Assembly: GCF_006345805.1 (NCBI RefSeq)
Contig: NC_043024.1
Location: forward strand, 10,354,001-10,418,000
Direction of reading: 5' to 3'
DNA length: 64,000 nt
Origin: Octopus sinensis
Lineage: Eukaryota
Shown: positions 11,915 through 24,239 of the stretch, in pieces
Position numbering within the stretch: position 1 is the stretch's first letter
Layout of the letters: each line of letters opens with the position of its first letter
Made by a program: the position numbers and the translations under genes
The notes under the pieces: model-generated
Seen by the model: the letters and a program-made list of their open reading frames with translations, nothing else
Databases searched by the model: none
What the model was told of the DNA's origin: nothing

Positions 11915-12505
11915 AAGTTCCCAGATTAGTTCTATAGCACGCCAACAGATGGCAGCACACGGTTGCATGTGCAGTAAGAGCTAGTAGTGACCTTCATCAG
12001 GTAGTCATCATCGTTTAGCATCCGCTTTCCATGCTAGCATGGGTTGGACGATTTTGACTGAGGACTGACAAACCAGATGGCTGCACCAGGCTCCAATCTT
12101 GATTTGGCAGTGTTTCTACAGCTGGATGCCCTTCCTAACGCCAACCACTCCGAGAGTGTACTGGGTGCTTCTATATGCCACCAGCACGAGGGCCAGCCTG
12201 GCGGTACTAGCAATGGCCACAAAAATTTATTTTTTTTATAAAATTTTACGTGTCACCTTTACGGCGGCACTGGTAATGATCACGCTCGAATGGTGCTTTT
12301 TATGTGCCACCGGCATGAACACCAGTTAGCCACTCTAGCAACAATCACGCTCGGATGGTGCTCTTAGTGCTCCACTAGCACGGATGCCAGTCATCAAATT
12401 TGATTTCGAGTGTTGAGTAATGTTGCTGGGTTTATTTTGCAAGTTGGGGAATTTGGGGTTTTGTCACAGAGAGGAACAAAGAGCCAACGTGAAATTTTGC
12501 GTTAA
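11915..12505 (+). mobile_element. Mariner 5' fragment (transposase start EEQRANVKFCV) split by an RTE-tail repeat and cut by a TTAA MITE
   Basis: CCAACAGATGGCAGCA motif (also at about 8705) and 12471-12503 translation. Confidence 0.55.
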
Positions 12506-12670
12506 CCCTTTAGTGTTCACATTATTCTGCCATAATTAAAGCTTTTTTGTCCTCATTGCTTTGAACTAATCATGCATTATCTTGTAGCTATGAGATTTTG
12601 ATGAGGTAACTGTTCATTTTTAAAACGACATTGTAGGGTTGGTGTGAGAGACCAGATCTGGCCAGATATG
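12506..12670. mobile_element. Second piggyBac-like MITE family (fragments also at about 17600-17727, 18440-18620, 21820-21910, 47195-47338, 50995-51100)
   Basis: TTAACCCTTTAG start; shared GTAGG(T)GTGAGAG..GATCTGGCC segment; AAAG(G)GTTAA ends. Confidence 0.65.
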
Positions 12671-13041
12671 GTGCAAAAATCGATAATGTGTTTGTTTAGG
12701 CCTTATCCATGCATTGAATAGTGAACTTTACTCAGTCAGCTGTTTGACGTGAACTGTGTTCACCACGCGTGCAAGCATGCGTAAATTGCATAAAAAATAT
12801 TAAAAAATCAAGATATAAAAACGAATCGCCGTAAACATTGTAGAAATTCGGCAAAGAAATGAATTTTCGGGATGTAGCCTGGAGGGTTTTTTCGTATTAA
12901 TCGTTTGGACTTTGTGAACACATACCAATTGTTTTCATAACATTTTTAACGCTTTGGATTAAATGTGACCATTTTGCAAAGCCGGGCAATACTGGTAGTA
13001 AATGATAAAGTAAGGAATACGTGAAAACAGAAATGCCATAC

Positions 13042-13119
13042 CTGTGTGTTTTGGTTATGTTTAAAAATTCCAACGGAACCCTTTGAGGAGGAAGCCACAA
13101 CTTGCTGCTGGTCAAGATA
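13042..13119 (-). CDS. NUP43: Nup43 coding exon 3 (YLDQQQVVASSSKGSVGIFKHNQNTQ)
   Basis: TTTCAG acceptor, CAG|GTATGG donor; similar to human FFDQERIVAASSTGCVTVFLHHPNNQ; 78 nt. Confidence 0.92.
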
Positions 13120-13433
13120 CTGAAATATAATTAAAAAACAAAGATTTATAATGGAATTTGTCTGCGACTAGAAGAAACTTAGCTATTGCGATATGAAGGC
13201 ACATGGCTAGGGGTTCCCAATCATTTTTTATCAATGGGCCCCTTTGATTACTATTTAATTGTGGTGGACACTCATAGCTATTCACTGTTTAAAAACTAGT
13301 TTTAGAGAAACTCCTTTCAGAATTCCCTAACTTTTGTAGGTTGGACTCTGTAAAATGTTAGAGAAAGAAACCTGTTTCTTGCAATACATACGTCTAAAGT
13401 GAAATTTTTTCAAGGACCCTTAAAATACAGTAC

Positions 13434-14056
13434 TTGAACACGGAACGTAAGGATGGAAGAAATACCTATTTCTTTACTACCCACAAGGGGCTAAACACAG
13501 AGGGGACAAACAAGGACAGACAAACGGGTTAAGTAGATTACATCGACCCCAGTGCGTAACTGGTACTTAACTTATCGACCCCGAAAGGATGAAAGGCAAA
13601 GTCGACCTCGGAATTTGAACTCAGAACGTAGCGGCAGACGAAATACCTATTTCTTTATTACCCATAAGGGGCTAAACACAGAGAGGACAAACAAGGACAG
13701 ACAAACGGGTTAAGTAGATTACATCGACCCCAGTGCATAACTGACACTTAATTTATCGACCCCCGAAAGGATGAAAGGCAAAGTCGACCTCGGCGGAATT
13801 TGAACTCAGAACGTAACGGCAGACGAAATACCTATTTCTTTACTACCCACAAGGGGCTAAACACAGAGAGGACAAACAAATGGATTAAGTCGATTATATC
13901 AACCCCAGTACGTAACTGGTACTTATTTAATCGACCCCGAAAGGATGAAAGGCAAAGTCAACCTCGGCGGAATTTGAACTCAGAACGTAACGGCAGATGA
14001 AATACTGCAAAGCATTTCGCCCGGCGTGCTAACGTTTCTGCCAGCTTGCCGCCTTC
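13434..14056 (-). mobile_element. SINE family B head-to-tail trimer plus remnant
   Basis: About 183-bp units at 13465, 13647 and 13832. Confidence 0.9.
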
Positions 14057-14106
14057 CCTTTGTAAATATCCAACATGTGGAAAGACCTTGTTGTTCTGCT
14101 ACTTAC

Positions 14107-14250
14107 CTTTAAATCTGTCACATCACCAACATGTGTGATGTCTGCGAGGAGTTGCGGTTCCATGTCCACTGCAGCGGTCTCAGTGTCCATCGTGTAGAGA
14201 TCGTAGTCGATGTCATGTTGACCAAATGTCCAAAACGACAACTTACTTTG
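14107..14250 (-). CDS. NUP43: Nup43 coding exon 2 (QSKLSFWTFGQHDID...PQLLADITHVGDVTDLK)
   Basis: TTGCAG acceptor, AAG|GTAAGT donor; similar to human SLWSIG...HQLLCDIRHHGDVMDLQ; 144 nt. Confidence 0.93.
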
Positions 14251-14413
14251 CTGCAATGATACAAAAATCAATAACAGAATCTTAATAAGAGGATTTTTCG
14301 AATTTCTGCACAAAGCCAGCAATTTTGAAGGGAGGGGGGGAAAGCCAATTACATCAACCACAATGCTCAACTGGCATTTATTTTATCACCCTCCCTGACC
14401 CTTTAGCATTTAA

Positions 14414-14612
14414 CCCTTTCGTTACCAACCAGGCTGAAACCAGCTCTGGCTCTGTAGTTTTGAATTAAAATCTTCCACCAAACCTTGGTCACAATTTATG
14501 TTCCTAACACTAGCTGAATGATAACTAAGTTATTTTACTAAATTCTTTGTTATATTTAAAATTAATTGAAAGAAACACAGAGCATCTCAACAGAAATATG
14601 GTAACAAAAGGG
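14414..14612. mobile_element. piggyBac-like MITE (TTAA-CCCTTT...AAAGGG)
   Basis: Second copy at 41064-41285 has TTAA on both sides. Confidence 0.75.
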
Positions 14613-14974
14613 TTACAACCCCGGTACTGATCCTTCTTAAAAAGCCTGGAATTTATTCTGGCAGTCTCTTTTGCTGAACTGGTAAATTACAGGGACGTAA
14701 ACATATCAACCCTGGTTATGATGCAATAATGGGACACATACACAACGGGTTTCTTCCAGTTTCTGTCTAGCAAGGTCACTCACAAGGTTTTGGTCGGTCC
14801 ATGGCTATAGAAGACACTTGCCCATGCAGAGGAACTGAACCCGGTACCATGCAGTTGGGAAGCAAACTTCTTACCACACAGCCACACCTGCGCCTATTTT
14901 ATTTATTTTGGCAAAATTGCAATCTCTGTTGCTGAAAATAAAGAAATCTGGAGGAATTTTTAAGTAGTTTTCCT

Positions 14975-15490
14975 TCCCAACTATATGATTCCGGGTTCAG
15001 TCCCACTGCGTGGTACGTTGGGCAAGTGTCTTCTACTATAGCCTCGGGGTAACCAAAGCCTTGTGGGTGGATTTGGTAGACGGAAACTGAAAAGAAGCCC
15101 GTCGTATATAATATACATGTGTATATGTTTATGTCTGTGTTTGTCCCCCACCATCGCCTGACAACCGATGTTGGTGTGTTTACGTCCCCGTAACTTAGCG
15201 GTTCAGCAAAAGTGACCGATAGGATAAGTACTAAGGCTTACAAAGAATAAGTCGGCACTATTTAAGAAGAGTGGTCCCAGTGCACACACTCGCGCAACCG
15301 CGCTAGCTAGTCGTGACTAGTCGATCCTACAACGACAGGTAAATAAAACAAAAACACAAAGTAAATAATTTTTTTTTCAACAAAGTAAGGATCGACTAGT
15401 CATGACTAGTCTTCTTAAATAGTACCGAATGTTCGATTAGTTCGACTAAAGGCGATGCTCCTGCATGGCCGCAGTCAAATGACTAAAACA
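14975..15490 (+). mobile_element. SINE family A interrupted by a foldback MITE
   Basis: SINE halves flank 15253-15427. Confidence 0.85.
15253..15427. mobile_element. CpG-rich foldback MITE (GGTACTACTTAAGAAG.. TIR, CTAGTCGTGACTAGTCGATCCT motif)
   Basis: TIRs; inserted in SINE A; further copies at 15957-16195, 23834-23944 (half) and 26965-27075 (half). Confidence 0.75.
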
Positions 15491-15956
15491 AGTAAAAAAA
15501 AAAAGAAAGAAGAAATAAATAAAAAAAAAAGGGGGCGGGTGCGTTTTACATTATGCTTATATCGGAATTTGTGAAAAATTGTTTCAGTCAGAATGCGGCC
15601 ACGCTGGGGCACCGCCTTGAAGAATTTCTAGTGGAAATTTAACCGGTGAGTGTGTTACATTATAAGGCACAAAAAGAAAATGACTTTCCCCAGGCACAAC
15701 AGAATAATAATAATAATCCTTTCTACTAAAGGCACAAGGCCTGAAATTTGCGGGGGGGGGCAGGAGACTAGGTCCTCGGCGGAATTTGAACTCAGAACGT
15801 GTTGAATAATGATTTCGACTTTAACGTAGATTTGGCGTAGTTTCGTAGATTCGAAACCGGCATCGCAAAGCAGACTTTGATGTCTAGGGGTGCTCCAGAA
15901 TATTCTGGACGGGCACTTATTTGTATTGAGGGATGATTTTTTTTGTAAACTGTATT

Positions 15957-16195
15957 GGTACTACTTAAGAACAGTGGTCCCGGTGCGCGCACTCGCGTTA
16001 GCTAGTCATGACTAATCGATCCTTACTTTGTATTTTTGTATTTTATTTACTTTGTTTAACAAAAATTATTTATTTTATGTAAAAAAAAAATATCTATTTT
16101 GTGTTTTATTTACTTTGTTAGGTAGTCGTAGGATCGACTAGTCACGACTAGCTAGTGCGGGTGCGCGCACCGGGACCACCCTTCTTAGGTACTAC
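15957..16195. mobile_element. Same foldback MITE, about 65-bp arms, in NUP43 intron 1
   Basis: Long inverted arms around an AT-rich spacer. Confidence 0.8.
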
Positions 16196-16432
16196 GAGTC
16201 CCCTAATTTGTATCGAGGGGTGATTTTTTTTTTTCGTAAACTGCATTTCCTAAATCCGAGGGACCAGCACTGAACAGCGAGAGGGGGGGTGGGTCAGTTG
16301 CCGTCAAGGCTAGGACACAGCAGAAGAGGTGGGCATGGTCGGAAGACGAAGAGACCGGCGACTTGGAAAAAAAGCACATGACTAATATATATATAAATAA
16401 GAATAAATGGAGGAACAAGGTGCGGTTCTTAC

Positions 16433-16552
16433 CTCGTCGTCCCAGCTGCCCGTGACGAACAGATTCGGCTTCTGGAGCGACGAAGCCCCGACGGGTTTCC
16501 ATCGGATTTTGCTGATTTTCTGAGAAATGAATTTCACGTTCATGTCAGCCAT
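16433..16552 (-). CDS. NUP43: Nucleoporin Nup43 coding exon 1 (MADMNVKFISQKISKIRWKPVGASSLQKPNLFVTGSWDDE)
   Basis: Translation matches the NUP43 N-terminus (human MEEIYAKFVSQKISKTRWRP...FATGSWDNE); ATG at 16552; GAG|GTAAG donor; 120 nt, phase 0. Confidence 0.95.
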
Positions 16553-16630
16553 GATGCGAATGTTTACAAATGGCGGGAACCCGCTTGGATTCTATTGGCT
16601 GTTGAGGAAGTGGGCGAGGGAGGCAGATCT
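16553..16630 (-). promoter_or_regulatory. NUP43 proximal promoter/5'UTR with YY1-like CGCCATTT, CCAAT box and ETS core
   Basis: Minus strand reads CCACTTCC...AGCCAATAG...CCCGCCATTTG just upstream of the ATG; locally GC/CpG-rich. Confidence 0.5.
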
Positions 16631-16993
16631 TAACGTTTATAACGAGGAGGGGGGCAAGCATATATTAACGTTTTTAACGAGGGGAAAAAATTAGCATTTT
16701 TTTTTTTTAACGAGGGGAAAGAACTCTTTGGAATTAGCGATAAAAGGGGAGAGAATGAATGATCCCCTTTATGTCAGAGTTTCTCCAAAAGGTACTTTTG
16801 TGGTACATAATAATAGTAATAATAATAATTGTGTACAGTGCTCAGGTGCACTACAACTCATCTAAAGTGTATATATAATCAGGTGTCCCAGGCATCGGTG
16901 AAGAATTTTAAATTTCTGGAGCGCCCCGGAATAAAGTGTCTTCTAATAAAATTTAATAAAAAGACGATTTTCTGAAGCAAATGTTATTCAAAA

Positions 16994-17586
16994 CGCGCAA
17001 GAGTGGCTGTGTGGTAAGTAACTTGCTTACCAACCACATGGTTCCGGGTTCATTCCCACTGCATGGCATCTTGATCAAGTGTCTTCTACTATAGCCTCGG
17101 GCCGACCAAAGCCTTGCAAGTGGATTTGGTAGACGGAAACTGAAAGAAGCCTGTCGTATATATGTATATACATATCTCTTTTACTCTTTTACTTGTTTCA
17201 GTCATTTGACTGCGGCAATGCTGGAGCACCGCCTTTTTAGTCGAGCATATCGACCCCGGGACTTATTCTTTTTTGTAAGCCCAGTACTTATTCTATCGGA
17301 ATCTTTTTGCCGAACCGCTAAGTGACGGGGACGTAAACACACCAGCATCGGTTGTCAAGCAATGCTAGGGGTACAAACACAGACACACAAACACATACAC
17401 ATACATATATATACATATATACGACAGGCTTCTTTCAGTTTCCGTCTACCAAATCCACTCACAAGGCATTGGTCGGCCCGGGGCTATAGCAGAAGACACT
17501 TGCCCAAGATGCCACGCAGTGGGACTGAACCCGGAACCATGTGGTTGGTTAGCAAGCTACTTACCACACAGCCACTCCTGCGCCTA
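16994..17586. mobile_element. Inverted pair of family A SINEs (partial + copy 16994-17165; full - copy 17178-17586)
   Basis: Head segments are reverse complements. Confidence 0.85.
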
Positions 17587-17965
17587 TATTCAAGATCTTG
17601 ATGGTGTAATTACTTAATGTAAAATAACATTGTGGGGTAGGTGTGAGGGCCTGGATCTGGTCAGTTTGAACATAAAACAGACTAGCTATTTTGGCCGCAT
17701 ATGGCCAGTTTAAATACTAAAGAGTTAAAGGATATTTGTCCTCATCATGCCATGATTCAAACTTCAAAACTTCCATGCTTCCTGAGATTCGCCAACACTA
17801 CACCTGATTTTCTCCCCTCCATACACACACAAGCATGTATCTGACTCATACACTGTTCACTTCCCAGACATTTGTACATTACTGCATATGCTTTATATGC
17901 ACTTTTGACAAGTTGTGGGGCACCTGAGCACTGTATACAATAATTTCATTATTGTTATTATTATT

Positions 17966-18185
17966 ATCATCTTGTTTGTTGTTAACGCAACGTTTCGGCT
18001 GATATACCCTCCAGCCTTCATTAGGTGTCTTGGGGAAATTTGGGTTCTCATTCCTAAGGTATTTTTTTGATGTTGTTGTTGTTATTATTATTATTATTAT
18101 TATTATTGTTCAGGTCGCTACTTGGAATTGAACTCAGAATCTTGGGGTCAGTAGCCCGCTCTCTTCACCACTATGCCATATACCC
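17966..18185 (-). mobile_element. tRNA-headed SINE-like element with Penelope-type hammerhead tail, copy A
   Basis: Head GGGTATATGGCATAGTGG...GAGTTCAATTCC (box A/B), (AAT/AAC)n linker, tail containing GACAC-CTAATGA-A-GGCTG..CAGCC-GAAA-CG-TT-GCGTT. Confidence 0.75.
17984..18029 (-). ncRNA. Minimal type I hammerhead ribozyme motif (degenerate copy; family consensus appears intact)
   Basis: Stem I GACAC/GTGTT (consensus), core CUGAUGA (here CUAAUGA), extra A, 5-6 bp stem II, GAAA, palindromic AACGUU in place of stem III, GUU cleavage triplet. Confidence 0.6.
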
Positions 18186-18436
18186 GGGTTACTAACCCCA
18201 AGATTCCAAGTTCGATTCCAAGCAGTGACCTGAACAATAACAACAACAACAACAACAATAATAATAATAATAACAACAACATCGAAAAATACCTTAGGAA
18301 TGAGAATCCAGGTTCGAAATTTCCCCAAGACACCTGATGAAGACAGCCGAAACATTGTGTTAGCAACAAACAAGATGAGGACAAATATCCATCAAATGTA
18401 AATAATGTACATAATTCCTCATCTCTTAAATATAGA
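18186..18436 (+). mobile_element. Same element, copy B (5'-truncated, fused head-to-head to copy A)
   Basis: Reverse-complement similarity to copy A; intact CTGATGA core but stem II partly deleted. Confidence 0.75.
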
Positions 18437-18687
18437 CCGGAACTAGTTTTATGTTTAAACTGGCCAGATCCAGCCTCTCACACTTACCCTGCGATGCCAT
18501 TCTAAAAATAAACAACCACATCATCAAAATCGCAAAACTACAAGATAATGCATGATTGATTAAAAAATGATGTGAATAAATAATCATTACATTTGAAAGA
18601 AAAATTTGACTGTAAAAAGTCTAAATCTACCTAATGTGGTTCGATAAATAGGTACCTTTATCAGGTTCAGTGATAACTCTTTATTCT

Positions 18688-19080
18688 TTTACCCGTTTAC
18701 ATGTTTCAGTCATTTGACTGCGGCCATGCTGGAGCACCACCTTTAGTCGAGCAAATCAACCCCGGGACTTATTCTTTGTAAGCCCAGTACTTATTCTATC
18801 AGTCTCTTTTTGCCGAACCGCTAAGTAACGGGGACATAAACACACCAGCATCGGTTGTCAAGCAATGCTAGGGGAACAAAGACAGACACACAAAACACAT
18901 ATATATATATACATATATACGACGGGCTTCTTTCAGTTTCCGTCTACCAAATCCACTCACAAGGCATTGGTCGGCCCGGGGCTATAGCAGAAGACACTTG
19001 CCCAAGATGCCACGCAGTGGGACTGAACCCGGAACCATGTGGTTGGTTAGCAAGCTACTTACCACACAGCCACTCCTGCA
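18688..19080 (-). mobile_element. SINE family A
   Basis: Full-length match. Confidence 0.9.
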
Positions 19081-19482
19081 GTTATATTTTTAATAAGCAA
19101 AATGCCTCCTATCCAATGGACAGTGCTGAGTTGTCACAAACATTTAAGCCAAATTTTCTCAAAATTACTTGACCGCCAGTATATATTAAATATATACCAG
19201 ATAATAAAATTGATATTCTCGGCACATCACGATGCCTCACTAAATTTGAGATGGCTGAACAGAGAATAAGTTCAAACATGGCTTTCCTCAACAAAAAATT
19301 GGGATATAAAATTGCTTTCCGCAGTTAAGGGTAGGTGGGAGTAGAGACATAGATTTGATGGGTAGAGGTGGGAGTAGTGCTGTCTTGTTAAATTTCTTCC
19401 AACCACAAGAAATATATGAAATTTTCCCAAAATTATTTTCATGAAAGTTTTGATGTAGTTTTCCAAACTTCTAATGTTAATT

Positions 19483-20250
<768 letters not shown>

Positions 20251-20485
20251 CACTTCTATGCCTTTCTAGAAAAAAAATGAATGCACTCTTCATCATCAGC
20301 ATAAAAAACATCATTAAAACTATATTTTATGAAAATAATCTAGTGAAAATTTGGAATACCTGAAGTGGTTAGAAGAAATTTAAAAAGATCTGAAGAAAGA
20401 GACAAAGATATGATGTGTAGAGGTGGAAGCAGAGACATAGATCTGATGGGTAGAGGTGAGAGTAGACACATGAACTTGATGTCAG

Positions 20486-20870
20486 GGATCTTTTCGGTTT
20501 GAACGGCAGTTTTTTCTAGCGGTGTCATATGAAATTGTCACCCATAATTATGACCCTAGTATCGATTTATTGCATTTCAATCTGTTTTAGGGTTAGGGGT
20601 GGGGGGAAGGGTATCTTTTTTTCTTCAGAAATGTAAATAAACCCAATCTGTTTCTTAAACGAGGGACATATTCATACAGCACAGAATGTTGTTTACCTCA
20701 ATAGACGTCATTGATTGGTTGAAATTGCAAAAATTGAAGAAAAAAAACAACAAATATCTTACAGACTATAGAATTTTCTCAATAAAGCCAAGAGAAAAAT
20801 ATGTTTTATAAACACATTCTACCAGTATACGAAATTATGTTAAAAACTGCCGTTCAAACCAAAAAGATCT
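20486..20870. mobile_element. MITE with about 28-bp GGATCTTTTCGGTTTGAACGGCAGTTTTT TIRs
   Basis: TIRs at both ends; inverted copy at 23409-23825, truncated copy at 54602-54720. Confidence 0.8.
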
Positions 20871-20921
20871 CATTCTTTTATTCTTTTGTGGTACCCCACA
20901 ATTCAGTGAAGATTTTAAAAT

Positions 20922-21009
20922 TATTTAACGGATATTTGCCCTCATCTTGTTTGTTATTAACACAACGTTTCGGCTGATATACCTTCCAGCCTGGGTTGTC
21001 ATTCCTAAG

Positions 21010-21047
<38 letters not shown>

Positions 21048-21125
21048 GTTCAGGTCACTGCTTGGAATCGAACTCGGAATCTTGGGATTAGTAGCCCGCT
21101 CACTTAACCGCTATGCCATATGCCC
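20922..21125 (-). mobile_element. Same element, copy C (internal deletion removes CTGATGA)
   Basis: Same tRNA-like head, (AAT)n linker and GGCTG..CAGCC-GAAACGTTGTGTT tail. Confidence 0.75.
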
Positions 21126-21414
21126 CAGATCAAACCGAAAAGATCCGATGTCGGTGACCCACAAAATGCAAGTGCCGTCCTCTGATCATTTGACCTATTT
21201 GGTTTTCATGACAATGAAACCAGATATTGGTAAAGGAGGGACCAATAAAGACATAGAACAGGTGATATTTAATCAATGCCAGTAATGTGAGCCGTCATTA
21301 ACGACTCTTTTTATTGGTTGCATTAATGGTCTATTGCCTCGTTAGCTGTGTAGGTATAGAGTTTCTGTTGCTTTACTAAGGAATCTTGCATACCATTATC
21401 TAACATGTGTTGTG

Positions 21415-21812
21415 TATTCTTTTACTTGTTTCAGTCATTTGGCTGCAGCCATGCTGGAGCACCGCCTTTCAGTCCAGCAAATCGATCCCCAGGATTTATT
21501 CTTCGTAAGCCTAGTACTTATTCTATCAGGCTCTTTTGTCAAACTGCTAAGTTACCGGGACATAAACTCACCCGCATCGGTTGCCAAGCGATGTTGGGGG
21601 GGACAAACACAGACACACACACAAACGCATTCATATATATATACATATATATATATACGACAGGCTTCTTTCAGTTTCTTTCTAGAAAATCCACTGACAA
21701 GGTTTTGGTCAGCCCGAGGCTATAGAAGAAGACACTTGCCCAAGGTGCCACGCAGTGGGACTGAACCCGGAACCACGTGGTTCTTAAGCAAGCTACATAC
21801 CACACAGCCACT
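21415..21812 (-). mobile_element. SINE family A
   Basis: Full-length, moderately diverged. Confidence 0.85.
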
Positions 21813-21996
21813 CATGCATGTTTATTAAAAACAATGTGAACAAATAAGCGTTACGGTTGACAGAATAACCTGAATGCTAAGGATTAAACCAACCATATCC
21901 AGCCCAAATATTCTATTTGTAGGAAAAGGTATGAGATCCAAAACTAAGCAATCACATCATTGAAATCTTGGAGCTCTCTCTCTCTTCGCCCTTTTC

Positions 21997-22338
21997 AAGC
22001 CTAGCCAGGCTCATGGGCCCAGTTTCCTGGTTTCTATGGCGTATGTGTTCCCCAGCTGGACGGGACGCCAGTCCATCACAGAAAATAAATGCGCCCTTTA
22101 AAAGCCTAGCCAGGCTCATGGGCCCGGTATCCCGGTTCCTATGGCATATGTGTTCCCCAGCTGGATGGGACGCCAGTCCATCACAGTGTTACTCATTTTT
22201 GCCAGCTGAGTGGACTGGAGCAACGTGAAATGAAGTCTTTTGCCCAAGAACACAATGCGTTGCCCGGTCCAGGAATCGAAACCACAATCTTACGATCATG
22301 GTGCTGACACCCTAACCACTAAGCCACGCGCCTCCACT
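21997..22338 (-). mobile_element. tRNA SINE family E (GTGGAGGC head + CORE-like segment + duplicated V-like tail)
   Basis: TTGGGCAAAAGACTTCA core-like segment; tail GATGGACTGGCGTCCCATCCAG present twice. Confidence 0.65.
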
Positions 22339-23408
22339 ATTAATTCAAAGCAATGTGAATAAAAAGCATTGTTTGACAGAATAAAGTGAATGCTCAAAGA
22401 TGAAATGTCCCTTGAAGGTGTAGCAAAACCAATTTCTATAATGGTATACTGGAGTCAACTGGCCTTTTGTAGGCTCCATGCATTAATCTTTAATGATTGG
22501 TCATCTGACCTATTATTTGAGTTTGGAACATTTGGTTGAGTCCTGTATTTTGATTGGTCGAGTATTGCTTAGGACATGGATCTTAGAACCAATCACATTG
22601 TGCATAATATATTCTCAAACAACTAATCTGAATCATTGCTGGGGCCTACATCATTATCTTCATCATCATCGTTTAACGTCCGTTTTCCATGCTAGCATGG
22701 GTTGGACGGTTCGACCGGGATCTGGGAAACCAGGAAGTTGTGCCAGGCTCCAGTCTGATCTGGCAGTGTTTCTACAGCTGGATGCCCTTCCTAACGCCAA
22801 CCACTCTGAGAGTGTAGTGGGTGCTTTTTACATGCCACCAGCACAGGTGCCAGGGAAGGCTGGCAGTGGCCACGATCGGTTGGGGCTTTTTACCTGCCAC
22901 CAGCACAGAAGCCAGTCAAGATGGTGCTGGTATCTGCCACGTTCGGATGGTGCTTTTCACATGTCACTGGCACGGGTATCTTAACTACAATTTCCATTTG
23001 ATTTTTATTTTGATGTTGGTGTTAACGTACTTGACTCAATAGGGTCACTCTATGATCCAAGGTTAGCACAGCAGGCCATCCTGCGAGCCATGAACTCACT
23101 TCATTTGTCAGGTCTTCACAATCACTGCATATCTCAGGGGTCTCAGTCTTTGTCATTTCCTCTGTGAGGCCCTATGTGCCACCGGCGCGGGTATCACAAC
23201 TACAATATCCATACGATTTTTATTTTGATGTTGATGAACTTGAGTTAACAAAACATCTATGACAGAGGGGTGAGAGATTTTCAGGAAGGTGAGTCCTGTT
23301 ATTTCTTGCTGTTATAGTGGAGCACATGTCACCAACGATGGCCAGAGATGAATTATATAAATGATGGATAAACCATGCAACTACCACCTTGTAATTGTTG
23401 AATTTAAA

Positions 23409-23825
23409 GGATGTTTTCGGTTTGAATGGCAGTTTTTAACATAATTTCTAGGTAACTAAACACTTTTAAACTTCGCATACTGGTAGAATGTGTTTATAAA
23501 ACATCTTTTTCTCTTGGCTTTATTGAGAAAATTCTATGGTTTGTAAGATATTTGGTCTTTAATTTCTTGCATTTCGGCAATTTCAACCAATCAATGACGT
23601 CTATTGAGGTAAAAAAACATTCTGTGCCGTATGAATATGTCCCTCGTTTAAGAAACAGATTGGGTTTATTTACATTTGTGAAGAAAAAAAATACCCTTCC
23701 CCCCACCCCTAAGCCTAACCCTAAAACAGATTGAAATGCAATAGATCGATTCTAGGGTCATAATTATGGGTGACAATTTCATATGGCACCGCTAGAAAAA
23801 ACTGCCGGTCAAACCGAAAAGATCC
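23409..23825. mobile_element. Same GGATC-TIR MITE, opposite orientation
   Basis: Internal sequence is the reverse complement of 20486-20870. Confidence 0.8.
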
Positions 23826-24239
23826 AATTTTTTTAAACAAAGTAAATAAAACAAAAACAAAGGATCGACTAGTCACGACTAGCTAGCGCGGATGCACGAG
23901 TACACGAGTGCGCGCACCGGGGGCCACTCATCTTAAGTAGTACCGGTCAACTATGCCTTTCATATTTTCGAGGTCGATAAAATATAGTACCAGTCATATA
24001 CTGGGACGAATGGTATCGACTTCTCCCTTACTACTCAAAAACTATTGGCCTTGATTCTAAATTAGAAACCATTCTTTATTATAAGTAATAGGAAAGCAGT
24101 AAGCTGGGTTCATTGAATATTCTGGACATGTTTATTTATTATTCATTGAAGTGACATAGTTTTTGGTTTCCTCAATTGTAATTCTTGGTAAGAAGACAAA
24201 AAACCATCCCAGTTGGAAGAAGCCGGAAGTTTTATGAAG

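Noticed and set aside
12000-12015. Other CTGATGA hits as hammerheads (also about 37324, 43455, 48700)
   Set aside because: No stem II-GAAA-palindrome-UH follows.
14241-14250. Strong GTAAGT donor 4 nt into NUP43 exon 2
   Set aside because: Would give a 4-nt frameshifting microexon; it is simply coding sequence (CAA AGT AAG).
16203-16502. ORF METRRGFVAPEAESVRHG... as a gene
   Set aside because: Out-of-frame read of NUP43 exon 1 running into intron 1.
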